Positions 31,826 to 42,425 of a stretch of 64,000 nt of DNA are shown piece after piece. Position numbers and translations under genes: made by a program. The notes under the pieces were generated by a model, which was given only the letters and a program-made list of their open reading frames with translations, made no database searches and was not told the origin of the DNA. Origin of the DNA: an uncultured Candidatus Rokubacteria bacterium (lineage in GTDB: Bacteria > Methylomirabilota > Methylomirabilia > Rokubacteriales > CSP1-6); contig CAVWFS010000006.1 of assembly GCA_963754315.1 (NCBI GenBank), forward strand, positions 64,001 through 128,000, written 5' to 3'. How positions within the stretch are numbered: position 1 is the first letter of the stretch; each line of letters opens with the position of its first letter.

Positions 31826-32452
31826 GTGGCCATCGACATCGTGCTCGGAGACGATCATCCCATCGTGGTGGTCGGACTCACCCAACTCTTCAGCCTCGAG
31901 CCAGACTTTCGCCTGCTGGAAAGCTGTCTCAACGGTGCGCAGGTCTTGACCGCAGTGCGCCGCCACGAGCCTTCTGTGCTCGTACTGGACATCCGGATGC
32001 CTGAACTCGATGGCCTGGCCGTCCTGCGGGCCATCCGCCAGGAGGAGCTCTCCACCCGTGCGGTGATCCTCACGGCTTCCCTGGACGATGACGAGACCTT
32101 GGAGGCCATCCGCCTCGGGGCTTGGGGGGTCGTGCTCAAGGAAGCGGCAGCGTCAGAGCTCGTCCACTGTGTGCGGCGGGTCCACGCCGGCGAGCGCGTG
32201 CTCGACCAGGCCATGGTCATGCGCGCGCTGGAGCAGGTTGTCCGGCGTGATGAGGTGGCCGGGACTCTGACCCAGCGCGAGATCGAGATCACCCGGCTGG
32301 CCGCCGGCGGACTGCGGAATCGCGAGATTGCCGGCCGCCTGGGGATCAGCGAGGGCACCGTCAAGCTCCACCTGCACAACATCTATGAGAAGCTCCGCCT
32401 CGACGGGCGCTACGAGCTCATGCGGTACGCCACTACCAAAGGTCTAGCCTAG
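31826..32452 (+). CDS. NarL/LuxR-family response regulator
   Basis: DDHPIV, LDIRMP, LK; LT.RE....G..N.EIA..L.ISEGTVK.H HTH. Confidence 0.92.
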   Translation: MAIDIVLGDDHPIVVVGLTQLFSLEPDFRLLESCLNGAQVLTAVRRHEPSVLVLDIRMPELDGLAVLRAIRQEELSTRAVILTASLDDDETLEAIRLGAWGVVLKEAAASELVHCVRRVHAGERVLDQAMVMRALEQVVRRDEVAGTLTQREIEITRLAAGGLRNREIAGRLGISEGTVKLHLHNIYEKLRLDGRYELMRYATTKGLA

Positions 32453-32654
32453 CCGAACTTCGACGACTGCAGCTCGCGTGCTATTTCTACACGCGAGCCA
32501 CCCAAAAGGTGTCATTCAGGCTCGGCCTGCCGGCATCTCACTTGACCTATCGATATGCTGACACTCTCCCAATCGGAGAGAGTAGGTATGCCAATTTATT
32601 TTTCTCGTGCAAAATCAGATCTTTACCGGAAGTACTGGCCCACGAAATGAAGCT

Positions 32655-32670
32655 CGGCAGGGGGCTTGCA
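32655..32670 (+). promoter_or_regulatory. Possible sigma-54 promoter for the methyltransferase gene
   Basis: CGGCAG-GGGGC-TTGCA (GG-N10-GC) downstream of an AT-rich tract. Confidence 0.45.
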
Positions 32671-32869
32671 TGTGACATACTCACCAGAGGGATCTCGGGG
32701 CATTATGACACTCGGTACACTAGGGCCGGGCTACCGTACCTAGCGAGGGGCAATGGCCTATGTCTCGTTCCATCGGGGAATTTCGCCGGAGGTTTCGTTC
32801 GCTTCACTGATCCCGACAGAAGCTCTCGGGAGCCGAGTCCGTCCCGATCGGTTCTCCGGAGGTATCGGC

Positions 32870-33805
32870 GTGGCTGGAATTCCGCTTTATCGCGATGCGA
32901 CACAACGAGATTCGGCCGAAACGATAGCCGCCAACGTCGCCTACTACGAAGAGGAGTATCGCCGGCTAAACCTCGACCGTCTCATTGACAAGCTTGGGCG
33001 ATGGCAGGAAGTCCTCGCCGAGCTCGTCGCGACCCACATCACCTGGCATAGCCTCTATCGCGATACGTTTGACCGACGAATCACCGGCGCGCGCGTGCTC
33101 GAGCTCGGTTGCGGTGACGGCCTCAACGCGCTGATGATGGCTCGACACGGGGCCCAGGTGACCGCGGTCGACATCTCCCCACACAGCGAGCGCATCCTTC
33201 GGGAGGTGGAGGCACGGCTTGGGCCCCAGAACGTTGTCCCTGTTACGGGCGACTTCACCCAGCTCGATTTTCCCCTGGCTTCCTTCGACTTCGTCGTCGG
33301 CAAGGATTTCCTTCACCACATTACGCATGACCAGGAAACTGCCTACCTCGCCAAGATCGTCCAGATCCTGAAACCGGCAGGCGAGGCGCGCTTCTGCGAG
33401 CCTGCTGTCAACAACGTCGTCCTCGACACCCTGCGCTGGATCGTCCCCGTCCCCGGTCGTCCGTCGGTGCTCGCCCGCCGTGCCTTCCGTGCGTGGAAGG
33501 CTCAGGATCCCCACCCCGTGCGCGATCAGAGCTCACGCCACTACCGAGCGAGCGGCGCACGCTTCTTCGATGAGGTCGAGATCATCCCCTTCGGAAGCGT
33601 CGAGCGTTTTCACCGTCTGCTGCCGCGTGGGATCAACCGGCCCTTTCGGCGTCGCGCTCATGTGCTCGAAGAGCACCTGCCGCACTGGTTCCGATCATGG
33701 GCCGCGCGCAGCCAGCTCATCGTGTATCGGCGGCCCCGTTTTGCCCCGACACCGTCGTCTCGCCTCGCCGCGGCCCGGTCACCGGTAATCAACGGAGTGT
33801 CCTGA
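32870..33805 (+). CDS. Class I SAM-dependent methyltransferase
   Basis: VLELGCGDG, AVDIS, FDFVV...LHH, LKPAG; GGAGG RBS before GTG 32870 (ORF track start is 32753). Confidence 0.85.
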   Translation: MAGIPLYRDATQRDSAETIAANVAYYEEEYRRLNLDRLIDKLGRWQEVLAELVATHITWHSLYRDTFDRRITGARVLELGCGDGLNALMMARHGAQVTAVDISPHSERILREVEARLGPQNVVPVTGDFTQLDFPLASFDFVVGKDFLHHITHDQETAYLAKIVQILKPAGEARFCEPAVNNVVLDTLRWIVPVPGRPSVLARRAFRAWKAQDPHPVRDQSSRHYRASGARFFDEVEIIPFGSVERFHRLLPRGINRPFRRRAHVLEEHLPHWFRSWAARSQLIVYRRPRFAPTPSSRLAAARSPVINGVS

Positions 33806-33848
33806 TTGCCGCCACGATCCGGGGCCGCTCCTGCATACAGTCCGGCGT

Positions 33849-35612
33849 CTACACCCTGACGTCTACCGAGCGGTCGCGCGCACCGCGATTGGCGGCTCCC
33901 AATGGTGATGCTGCTCCGCGAGTGAGCGTGTCCACGGCCGCCTTGATTTGCGCATAAACCTCGCGGAACCGATCGAGATCGCCCGACCAGGGATCCTCGA
34001 TGAACGCCGGGCCCGTGGGATTGAGCACACCCAGGAAGTGAACGCGCCCGCGGGCTGGGGGAAACTCGGCGGTGACGCGCTCGTAGTTCTCACGGTCGAA
34101 CACGAAGATCGCGTCGGCGTCTCGGACGGCGGCCAGCGTGAGGCGTCGCGACCGATGGGCTTCCAGATCGGCTCCGAAGGCGGCCGCGGCCCGGATGGCG
34201 TTGGCGGGCGAAGGGCGATCGTCAACGGGGTAGTAGCCTGCGGAGTCGACCCGTTCAAATCTGCCGGTGCTTCGCGCGAGGGCCGCCGCGAACGGACTCC
34301 GGCAAACGTTCCCCTTGCACACGAACAGCACGCTCCGGGCCTGGCGGGTGGCGCGCACGGCTCGGCGGGCCTGCCACTTTCGCCCGAAGGGCCGAGCGAG
34401 GACGGCGTTGGCCACCACGCGTCGTAGTCGCGAGGTCAGGATGCCCAGAATCCGCCGTACCTCCTCGATCGCTGGTGCCGGATCGTCGAGGCTGAACGTG
34501 TCGACGCGCTCGCGAAGCATCACGATGTTGGCGAACGCGTCGCGCAGCACGAGACGAGGCGACCGGGTGGCCAGCGTGGGATCCGAGCGGTCTGCCCGGA
34601 GATTGGCCCATTGCCATTTGAGGTCGAGGGTGAGGTTCCGCGCGAAGAGGGGGGCCCGGTACTGCTGGGGAGAGGGTGCCCGCCCCTCCACGAGCAGCCG
34701 GTAGAGCGCCAGGGGGAAGTCCATCCCGGCCGCCAGGGCCAGCGGGAGCGAACCCCAGAATCGCGGGTTCACCTCCATAAAGAAGAAGCGGCCGGACGGA
34801 GCGTCGAGCTTGAACTCGACCATGGCCACGCCCGTGTAGGCGAGCGGGCGCAACAGCGCGAGCGACGCGGCGAGGAGGTCCGAGGAGACGGGCACGCTCT
34901 TGCGGTACGAGCTGCCTCCTCCCTGGAGGGGCTCGTGCACGCGCACGTGCTGGAAGGTGAGTAGCGGTTCACCGCGGTGGAGGAGCAGCTCCACGCCGAC
35001 GCCACGACCGGGGACATTCTCCTGCACGAGAACCGGCCCGCCCCGCAACTGCTCGGCGAGCATGCGCGCGTAATCCTCTTCGCGGTACACCTTGCGGACT
35101 TCCTGACGGGAGGACGGATTCGCGGGGTCGTACGACGTGCGTGGCTTGAGGACCAGCGGCCATCCGAACGGGGGTGGCGGCGCGCCGCCCTCGGCGACGA
35201 CCACCTCGCGCGGCACCGGGATGCCGGCGGCCCGGGCGGCGGCCGCGGAGAGGCCCTTGTCGGTGAGCAGTTCGTACGTGCGGTCGTCGAGGAGGGCGAG
35301 CCGCCCGTGAGGCTCGAGCTCGCGACGATGGATATGAAGGGCGGCCAGCGTGGTATCCGTGCATGGGATCACGAGGTCGAACCCCTCACGTGCGAGCAGT
35401 CCAGCGAAGGCGGCGAGCCACGAGGAGTCCCGCTCCCGGTACGGCGGCAGGTCGTGCACGCGATGGAGGTAGCGAGACCGTAAGGGAGCGCTGTCGATGC
35501 CGGGGCCCGTCGCGTGGACTTCCAGCCCGCCCCGCCCCAGCGAGCGCACGACTGCAAGAAAGGCCCGCGAGTCGCGGCCGAGGACCAGGACCTTGCCGCG
35601 CGCTGAGGTCAC
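33849..35612 (-). CDS. ATP-grasp ligase fused to a low-molecular-weight protein-tyrosine-phosphatase domain
   Basis: AVVRSLG, P.VLKP, QE.V.G, MVEFK, EVNPRFWGS; then LFVCKGNVCRSP (CX5R) and IEDPW in the same frame. GTG start overlaps the upstream stop. Confidence 0.85.
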   Translation of the reverse strand: MTSARGKVLVLGRDSRAFLAVVRSLGRGGLEVHATGPGIDSAPLRSRYLHRVHDLPPYRERDSSWLAAFAGLLAREGFDLVIPCTDTTLAALHIHRRELEPHGRLALLDDRTYELLTDKGLSAAAARAAGIPVPREVVVAEGGAPPPPFGWPLVLKPRTSYDPANPSSRQEVRKVYREEDYARMLAEQLRGGPVLVQENVPGRGVGVELLLHRGEPLLTFQHVRVHEPLQGGGSSYRKSVPVSSDLLAASLALLRPLAYTGVAMVEFKLDAPSGRFFFMEVNPRFWGSLPLALAAGMDFPLALYRLLVEGRAPSPQQYRAPLFARNLTLDLKWQWANLRADRSDPTLATRSPRLVLRDAFANIVMLRERVDTFSLDDPAPAIEEVRRILGILTSRLRRVVANAVLARPFGRKWQARRAVRATRQARSVLFVCKGNVCRSPFAAALARSTGRFERVDSAGYYPVDDRPSPANAIRAAAAFGADLEAHRSRRLTLAAVRDADAIFVFDRENYERVTAEFPPARGRVHFLGVLNPTGPAFIEDPWSGDLDRFREVYAQIKAAVDTLTRGAASPLGAANRGARDRSVDVRV

Positions 35613-36558
35613 GCCGCCGGCCGGTGCAGGCGCCAGGCGAGGAGAGCCAGGCGGGGCGTGGCGCTGATGCGTCGGAGGCTGTACAGATCGTCGCCTCCGC
35701 TGATCCACCCGGGATCGCTGGTGACCGCCGCCCGGTGCACGTGGCGGACCTCGTCGGCGATGGCCGGAGTCCAGGCGCCGAACGGATAGCAGAAGTCCTC
35801 GACCGGACGAGCCAGTCGCGCTTCCAGTTGCCGCCGGCTCTCGCGTAGCTCGTGCCCGACGGCGGCAGGCTCCAGGCATGGCAGCACCGGGTGCGTTACG
35901 GTATGCGAACCCACCGACACGACCTCGGGGTCCATCGCGGCCACGTCGCGCCAGGTCATCATGTCATACCGCTCGCGCTGTTCCGCCGTCGGCGTGAAGC
36001 GCGGGGTGACGCGACGGATCGCGTCTTCGACCTCCTCGCGCTCCGGGCGGGCGAGCGTCCTCATCCAGGCGACGATGGCGCCAGCGGCGCCGCCGCCCGG
36101 AGCTCGGCACCGCGAGGCCAGTTCCGCGCGCTCGGGAGGGGCCAGGGAGTCCAGCCGCTCGCGCGCCTCCTGGTTCCAGAGCCAGCGACCGCTGTCGATG
36201 AGCCCGGGACAGAGGAAGAACGTCGCGGGAATCCCGAGGCGAGCGAGGATCGGATACGCCACCGTCCAGTTGTTGCGCAACCCGTCGTCAAAGGTCAGGG
36301 CGATTTCTGGTTCGCGGGCCGTGCGGCCTTCGCGCACGCGCTTGACCAGCCAGGCCAGCGGCACGATGGAGAAGCGCCGGCGCAGATAATCGAGCTCCGC
36401 TGTGAGCGCGGCGGCCGGGTAGTCGCGGCCGCCCACCCCGTGGAACTTGAGGATGCGCAGACCGGGCTGCCGGTGCGCCCAGTAGGCGGAGGCACCGGAG
36501 TAGAGGCCGCGCGGTGCAGGGCGCGCTTGAGGGTGGCCGTCAACTGCACGGTCGTCAC
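35609..36558 (-). CDS. Polysaccharide deacetylase (NodB/CE4); frameshift near 36505
   Basis: IL.FHGV, LTFDDG, ATFF, GSHTVTHP, FCYPFG motifs. Confidence 0.85.
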
Positions 36559-36622
36559 CGTGACAGAGGCGCGGAACACAGAGCCGCCAGGGGCGTTCAA
36601 CGATGCGGGCAAACCGCGACGC

Positions 36623-37798
36623 CTAACCGGTCTTCCCCGCGTCGACCTGGACGGCAGAGGGTCGAGGCGCGTCCAGCAGACGTTGGCGGGTCAAGCACCG
36701 CGCGATGGCCGCGGCCGCCACGCGGTTGCCCTCCTCGTTGAAGTGCCCGCTCACGGGATGGTAGAGCTGGCGTCCGCGCCGCGCCTCCTCGCGAAGCTCG
36801 CCGGTGAGGTCACAGCCGGAGATGCCATGGTCGGCAAGGAACCCGGTCAGCAGGCGGGGCAGGCCATCGATGTCGACGCCCTCGAGTGCGGCCAGGTAGC
36901 GGCGGGCAAGGTCCCAGTAGGCCTCTTCCTTGGTGGGAAAGATCACGACCGCGAGCTGAGCCTCCATGTCGGCCGCGGCCTGCTGCATGTCGAGCAGGGC
37001 GTCTTGCATCAGGGGCCACCCGGGATGTCGATCCGGGGCTGTGACGATTCTCATCCACCAGTCGTCGAAGCGGAGAACCAGATCGAGGCTACCCTCCCGG
37101 TGGCGATGTATCTTCCGGCCCCGCGCGTGCAAGGCCGCCCTGAGCAGGCGGTACACCGCGGAATGTTCCTCCAGCCAGCGGGCGGCAGGGTGCGGTCCGC
37201 GCTCGCGCTCCAGCCAGACGGCGAGGTCGTCAGTGCCCCCGCGCGCCCACTTGTCGAAGTTGACGTTGTCGGCGAGGTCGTTGGGAAAGATGCCTACCAG
37301 CACGAGAGGAGCGCCGAAGGCCGGGCCATAGCGCCTGAGGATCCGGGCCTCGGCCAAGGTCGAGTAGCCGCTGACGCCGAAGGTGGCCATCGACACGCCG
37401 GTGGCCTCGGACAGCCGGCGAATCCAGCAGTCTTCCGCCAGGACCTCGTCGCAGAACGCGAACGAATCACCGATGACGATGGCGCCGAAGGGGGCCCGTG
37501 TTCCGATGTCGCGGAACCCGATGGGGCCGAGGCCATGGCTCATGGTCCGGATGGGGATGGTTCCGCCCTCGAACGAGAAGCTCACCTCGACATCGGGCCG
37601 GAGCTTGAACCCGAGATAGGGGTCACCCGCCGTCAGGGGCCGCCACTGGGCGCGCCGAGTGTAGAAGGTCTCGATCGTGCGGAAGGGCCGGCGGGACCAG
37701 CCCGGGGAAGGGCGGCCAGACCCGCCTCGAACCCCACCACCGCGAGGGCGATGGCCAGCAGCACGAGGCCGATCTTGGCGCGGCGCGACTTCGCCCAT
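36623..37798 (-). CDS. SGNH/GDSL hydrolase-like protein (AlgJ/AlgX-like polysaccharide modifier); N-terminal frameshifts
   Basis: IGDSFAF, GVSGYST, F.ND and GHFNEEGN blocks; N-terminal TM (KIGLVLLAIALAVV) lies in an alternative frame. Confidence 0.7.
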   Translation of the reverse strand: MGEVAPRQDRPRAAGHRPRGGGVRGGSGRPSPGWSRRPFRTIETFYTRRAQWRPLTAGDPYLGFKLRPDVEVSFSFEGGTIPIRTMSHGLGPIGFRDIGTRAPFGAIVIGDSFAFCDEVLAEDCWIRRLSEATGVSMATFGVSGYSTLAEARILRRYGPAFGAPLVLVGIFPNDLADNVNFDKWARGGTDDLAVWLERERGPHPAARWLEEHSAVYRLLRAALHARGRKIHRHREGSLDLVLRFDDWWMRIVTAPDRHPGWPLMQDALLDMQQAAADMEAQLAVVIFPTKEEAYWDLARRYLAALEGVDIDGLPRLLTGFLADHGISGCDLTGELREEARRGRQLYHPVSGHFNEEGNRVAAAAIARCLTRQRLLDAPRPSAVQVDAGKTG

Positions 37799-37852
37799 GG
37801 CTTGGCCGCGGCCAGCCCGCCGCGTCACGGACCTCCAGCGGTGCGGACTCGA

Positions 37853-39253
37853 TCATGGGCCCGAGCTCCCCAGGCCCGGGTAATTGTAGACGTGCACACC
37901 GAGCGGGCCGGCCGCGACGTAGAGGAAGTCATTGCGGGCGACGATCCCCGCCGCCTCGGCGAGCTGCAGATTCATCGAGCCGGGGCCGGGGGCAATGCCG
38001 GGGGCAGCGACGCCACCTTGAAAGGGTTCGCGGGTCCGTGACATCGATGATGGCCAGCTCGCCGTTGCCGCGCCCGCCCACGTAGAACGCGTACTTGCCG
38101 GTTGGAGGAGAACCCGAGGCCACCACCGTCCCCGACCAGCGCGCTCCCCGTCGGTGTGGTCATCCGTACGTGACCGCACTCGAAGCACGTCTCGGTGATC
38201 GCCGCACCGGGGGCCGTCGACGCGGGCGCTGGGGTCGGCGAGCCCCCGAGGGTGGAGCAGTAGGTGGCGCCGCCGTCCTGATGACCGGGGAGCAAGGGCG
38301 TGGTGATCAGGCCGGAGTTGATCCAGAACGCCCCGAGCGTGTACACGACGTCGCGTCGCGACGATCGACCGCCACGCGGTACATGGAGACCTTGAGGCGG
38401 TGGGTGCCAAGGAACTCCAGCTTCAACGGATCCGTGGAGTCCCAGACGTAGAATCCCCCGTAGCCCCAGTCGACCGCGAAGACCGTCCCTGGATCCTGCC
38501 CCCGGCCACCACTCCGGTGACGTAGGCCGTGCCGTTCTCTGTGTGGTCGAGCATCCGCTCGACGCAGATGGTGCAGACGCCACCACCCCAGAGCATGACG
38601 CCGAGAGTCTGCGTGAGGACGGGCGCCGCCGGGGTCGAAATGTCCCACACGTACAGCTCGCCGTTGTATGAGGCCGCGTACGCGGCATCTGCCGTCGGGT
38701 GAACGGCGATGTGGTAGATCCTCCCGCGCTGCGGCGCGAGGCCGGGGTGACGCCGTCAGGGCGGTGCAGAGGTTGCCGTCGGCGATCGCGTTCGCGATGG
38801 TCTGAGGGTTACCGGGATCAGAGACATCGATGACCTGCATCCCGGCGGCCCCCGCCGCCAGGTAGACGTACTTGCCCTTCTTGGCCAGACCCTGACTCTT
38901 GGCCACGGGACCGCGCGTGCAGTCCACGTTGCAGTTCACCGAGAGCTCGGAGCCGCGCACCGTCGGGTTGAAGAGGGTTCGAGATGTCCAGGATGGTCAG
39001 GCCCCGGTCCGTGGCCACGAAGGCGAACGTGCCGTCGATGACGATGTCGTGGGCGCGGGATCCCGACGCGAAACCGACGCCTGGAGAGTTCCGACGGGAT
39101 ATACCGATGAGGCGTCAGCGGGCCGTCGGCCCGGCCGGCGGGGGCGTCACCGAGCACGGCGGCCACCGCCAGGATCGCCATGAGCACGAGACGGCGGACC
39201 GACGTCGCGCGAGGGGCGCTATGGAACCGAAGAACGGGAGCGATGCCATTCAT
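37853..39253 (-). CDS. Secreted LVIVD-repeat protein B (many frameshifts)
   Basis: Signal peptide then ADGPLT; repeats GLTILDISNP, YVYLAAG..GMQVIDVSDP, YVWDISTP, LAIIDVTDP, LYVAAG..GVHVY across several frames. Confidence 0.65.
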
Positions 39254-39273
39254 GGGATCCTCCTTGCCCTTCG

Positions 39274-40528
39274 TCACCGGCGCGGGGCCAACGGCGGCCC
39301 GCCCACTGGGAGAGAGTTCGGGAACTTGTGGACCTGAAGGCCCAGGACGCCGGCCGCCTGGAAGACGTAGTCGCCCTGTGTGCGTATCGCCATCCCGTGC
39401 GCCATTCCCACGCCGTGGAGGCCGATGCCGTCGGGGTCAGTGGCCTCGTTCTGCATCGTCGGAACGGGATGTCGACGATGTGGAATTCGCCGGCACCTTT
39501 GCCGCCGGCGTAGACGACATACTTGTTGCCGGCGATGGCGAGGTCGCCCATATCGATGGCGAAGTCCGACTTGAGGTAGCCCGCACACCGTCGGCACCGG
39601 GCAGGTGCGTTGTAGCGCGACGACACGAAGATGTCCAGAACGGAGAATGGGAACCGAGCGGAGGCCCGAGACGGCCCCGAACGCGGTCAGCATGTACACG
39701 ACGTCCTGATCGAGGTCGGCATGCGCCTTGATCAGGTATGGCGCGTAATGCGTCGAGACGAATCTCGGGTGGAGAGGGTTCGTGGCGATCTCGAAGTGGT
39801 AGAGCCGCCCGTACGCCCATTCGACGGCGAACAAGCGGTCTCCTGCCAGTGACACGCCTGTCGCCCTCCCGTTCCCCGAGGTCATGGCGGGCTGGTCACA
39901 AGGGGGAGTCCCGTCGGGGGGGCACAACCGCTTGAGATTGACCAGGTCGGCCCCGGCGTTGGCCCATGCCGGCAGTCCGATGACCCTGGCGATCTTCGGG
40001 GTAGCCTCGCTCGCGCCGGCGGGGCACCCTGCCGGTCGCGGCGCTGCCGCGCATATGACGTACAGTTCCCCGGCGAACGATACGGCATAGATGACGTTGT
40101 CCTTGACGACGACGTCCCAGCCACCACCGGGGATGGCGAGTTTGCCCACCGGGTCTGGCAGCGCCGGGTCGGAGATATCGACCACGATCAGGTATGCGCC
40201 CGCGAGATAGGCGTAGTCTCCCTCAACCGCAACGGCTTGGCTCTTCAACAGGGTGCTCGGGAAGGCGGGTAGTTTTGGCTGAAGGACGCCGACGGCGTCG
40301 ATGGACGATAGGATTCCCGGCGTCGCGATGTCGAGAATGGTGAGACCCTTCTCGGTGGCGACGTAGGCGAGATTGTCCCGAAGGGCCAGCCCGTGCGCCT
40401 TAGCGTTCAGCGGAACGTTTCCCACGTAGGTGAGCGGGCCGTCGGCTTGAGCCCCGCTCGCCACCGACACGACCAGGCCCCGGCGAGGAGCAACGAGACA
40501 GCCACCGCACTCGACTGCTTGTTGTCAT
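39274..40528 (-). CDS. Secreted LVIVD-repeat protein A (frameshifts)
   Basis: GGGAGG RBS before ATG 40528; ADGPLT; AYVA..KGLTILDI, YAYLA..YLIVVDISDP, FHIVDI, YVFQAAG..GLQV repeats. Confidence 0.7.
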
Positions 40529-40616
40529 CCTTCCTCCCTATGGCAAATACATCAATTCCTACTCCTACTACACATGGATCGTTCCTGGCCTGCCTGCTCG
40601 CCGCGCGGCTCCAGCT

Positions 40617-40810
40617 TCACGGGCGCACCGGTCCGGCGGCGGGGCGACCCTGCCGGCCTAGCTCGCGGTCGATGACGGCGGTGAACTCGGAGAGCGGACG
40701 GGCTCCGACCAGGGGAATGCTGTTCACGAAGAACGTCGGCGTGCCCACGACGCCCACGTTCTTGCCGTCGGTCACGCCACGGGCGACACGTTCGCGTAGC
40801 GACGTCCCTG
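40617..40810 (-). pseudogene. DsbA/thioredoxin-fold C-terminal remnant
   Basis: Manual translation (not in track): RVARGVTDGKNVGVVGTPTFFVNSIPLVGARPLSEFTAVIDREL...stop. No CxxC or start fits in the space upstream. Confidence 0.65.
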
Positions 40811-40931
40811 CTGCTCTCCCGGGCGAAGTCCTGTCGCGTCCCTCCCATTCTTGAATTACCTACACACTGCCCCCAACTTGAGCGCCTCCGACCTCCGGTT
40901 TGTCGTTCGATCGTAGACGTTAGGGCGTTTA

Positions 40932-42425
40932 TCACCGCGTCCCACCGCGCTCGCGGGCCGGCACCCCTGCCGGATACCGCCGAGCCACCCCGCGGAGCGC
41001 GAGACGCTCCCCGGCCGTCACAAACCCGGAGGCGACCAGCGCCACCGGATACGCGAGGAACAGGAGAGCCTTCACGGCGATGGCCGCCGTCAGCGGCCCC
41101 GAGGGGACGTATCCTCTTGCCAACGAGAGCCCGAGCGCGATCACGAGCGGTTTGGCGATCCGGACATAGTCATAGGGAATTCGATACGCTCGCTGGGCTA
41201 CCAGCAACGTAAGCACGAGGAGCGCGGGGGTCGCTATGAGATGGGCCATGGCCGCCCCGTGATGCCCCACCGTGGCACGAGGGCGAAGTTGAGCGCCACA
41301 CTGAGCCCGGCCGGGACGAGGAATACGAGGGGGAGCCAGCCGGTCTTCCTCGCGAGATAGATGCCCCGGTTGGGGACGTTGGCGAGAGCTTGGAAGATCG
41401 ATGCCCACGCGATGAGCGGGACGATTGACTCTGCCTCCAGGAACCGTGCGGTCGCGAAGATCAAGATGATCTCGTGGGAGAATAGCACGGTTCCCAGCCC
41501 CAACAGGCCCAGCAGGGCCGCGTTCCAGGCGGCCACGTCGGCGAAGATCTTCTTGGAAGAGATTTCCGACTCTTCGATAGCCGTGCGGTAGACGAACGGC
41601 AGGATGGCCGAGTTCACCGAACTCGCCACCACGTCGAACGCCGTGGCGCCGAGCATGTAGCCGATCGAATACACCCCCACCTGGGCCAGCGGCACGAAGG
41701 CCTGCAGCACCAGGCGGTCGGCAACGCGCAAAGCCCATGCCCCGAGGCGAACGGGGACGTCTACCCATCCGAAGGCGAGGCACTGCAGGACGAGCCGGGG
41801 CGAGAACGTCCATGCGATGTGCGGCCTCAGGTAGCCATAGAAAACGAAAAAAAAAGGGCCGCGCCTCCCAGACCACCATAGAGCGGCGCCAACGCTCCGA
41901 AGCCAGTGACGGCCAGAGCCACGGACAGCGCCGCCGTGACGGTGCCCTGAATCAGTCCCAAGGTCATGAACAGCGCCACGCGGTCGGTGACGCGAAAGAT
42001 CGTGCGGGGGAGAATTCCCATGCTCGACAGCGCCACCGTGGCCACCGCGAGCACCACATAGGGGTGAAGGGGACATCGGAGACCACGGCCTGCCACAGCG
42101 GCGCCCCGAACGCGAGGATGAGTGCCGAGCAGAGCATCGAACTGCCGAGCAGGAACACGAACAGGCTGCCAAAGAGCCGTCGCCGCTCGAGGTCGGTGCG
42201 GCAGTCGTAGTAGAAGCGGGCGGAGGAGTTGGGCGCCCCCATCTCGTAGACGACGGTCAGCAGGTCCCGCACGGTGGTGACGATGGCGATGATCCCGAAG
42301 TCCGCGGAAGAGAGGAACCGGGCGAAGACGGGGAGGGTCACCACGCCCAACCCGCGGCGCAGGATCAGCCCCACCGAGTAGAAGGTCGTGTCGCGAACGA
42401 GCGAAACGAGGCGGCCGCTCTTCAT
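40932..42425 (-). CDS. wzx: Wzx-type oligosaccharide flippase (frameshifted)
   Basis: LP.FARFLS.ADFG, DRLVL......VGVYSIG, LNF.LVP.WG..GAA motifs over several frames; ATGA overlap with the upstream gene. Confidence 0.8.
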
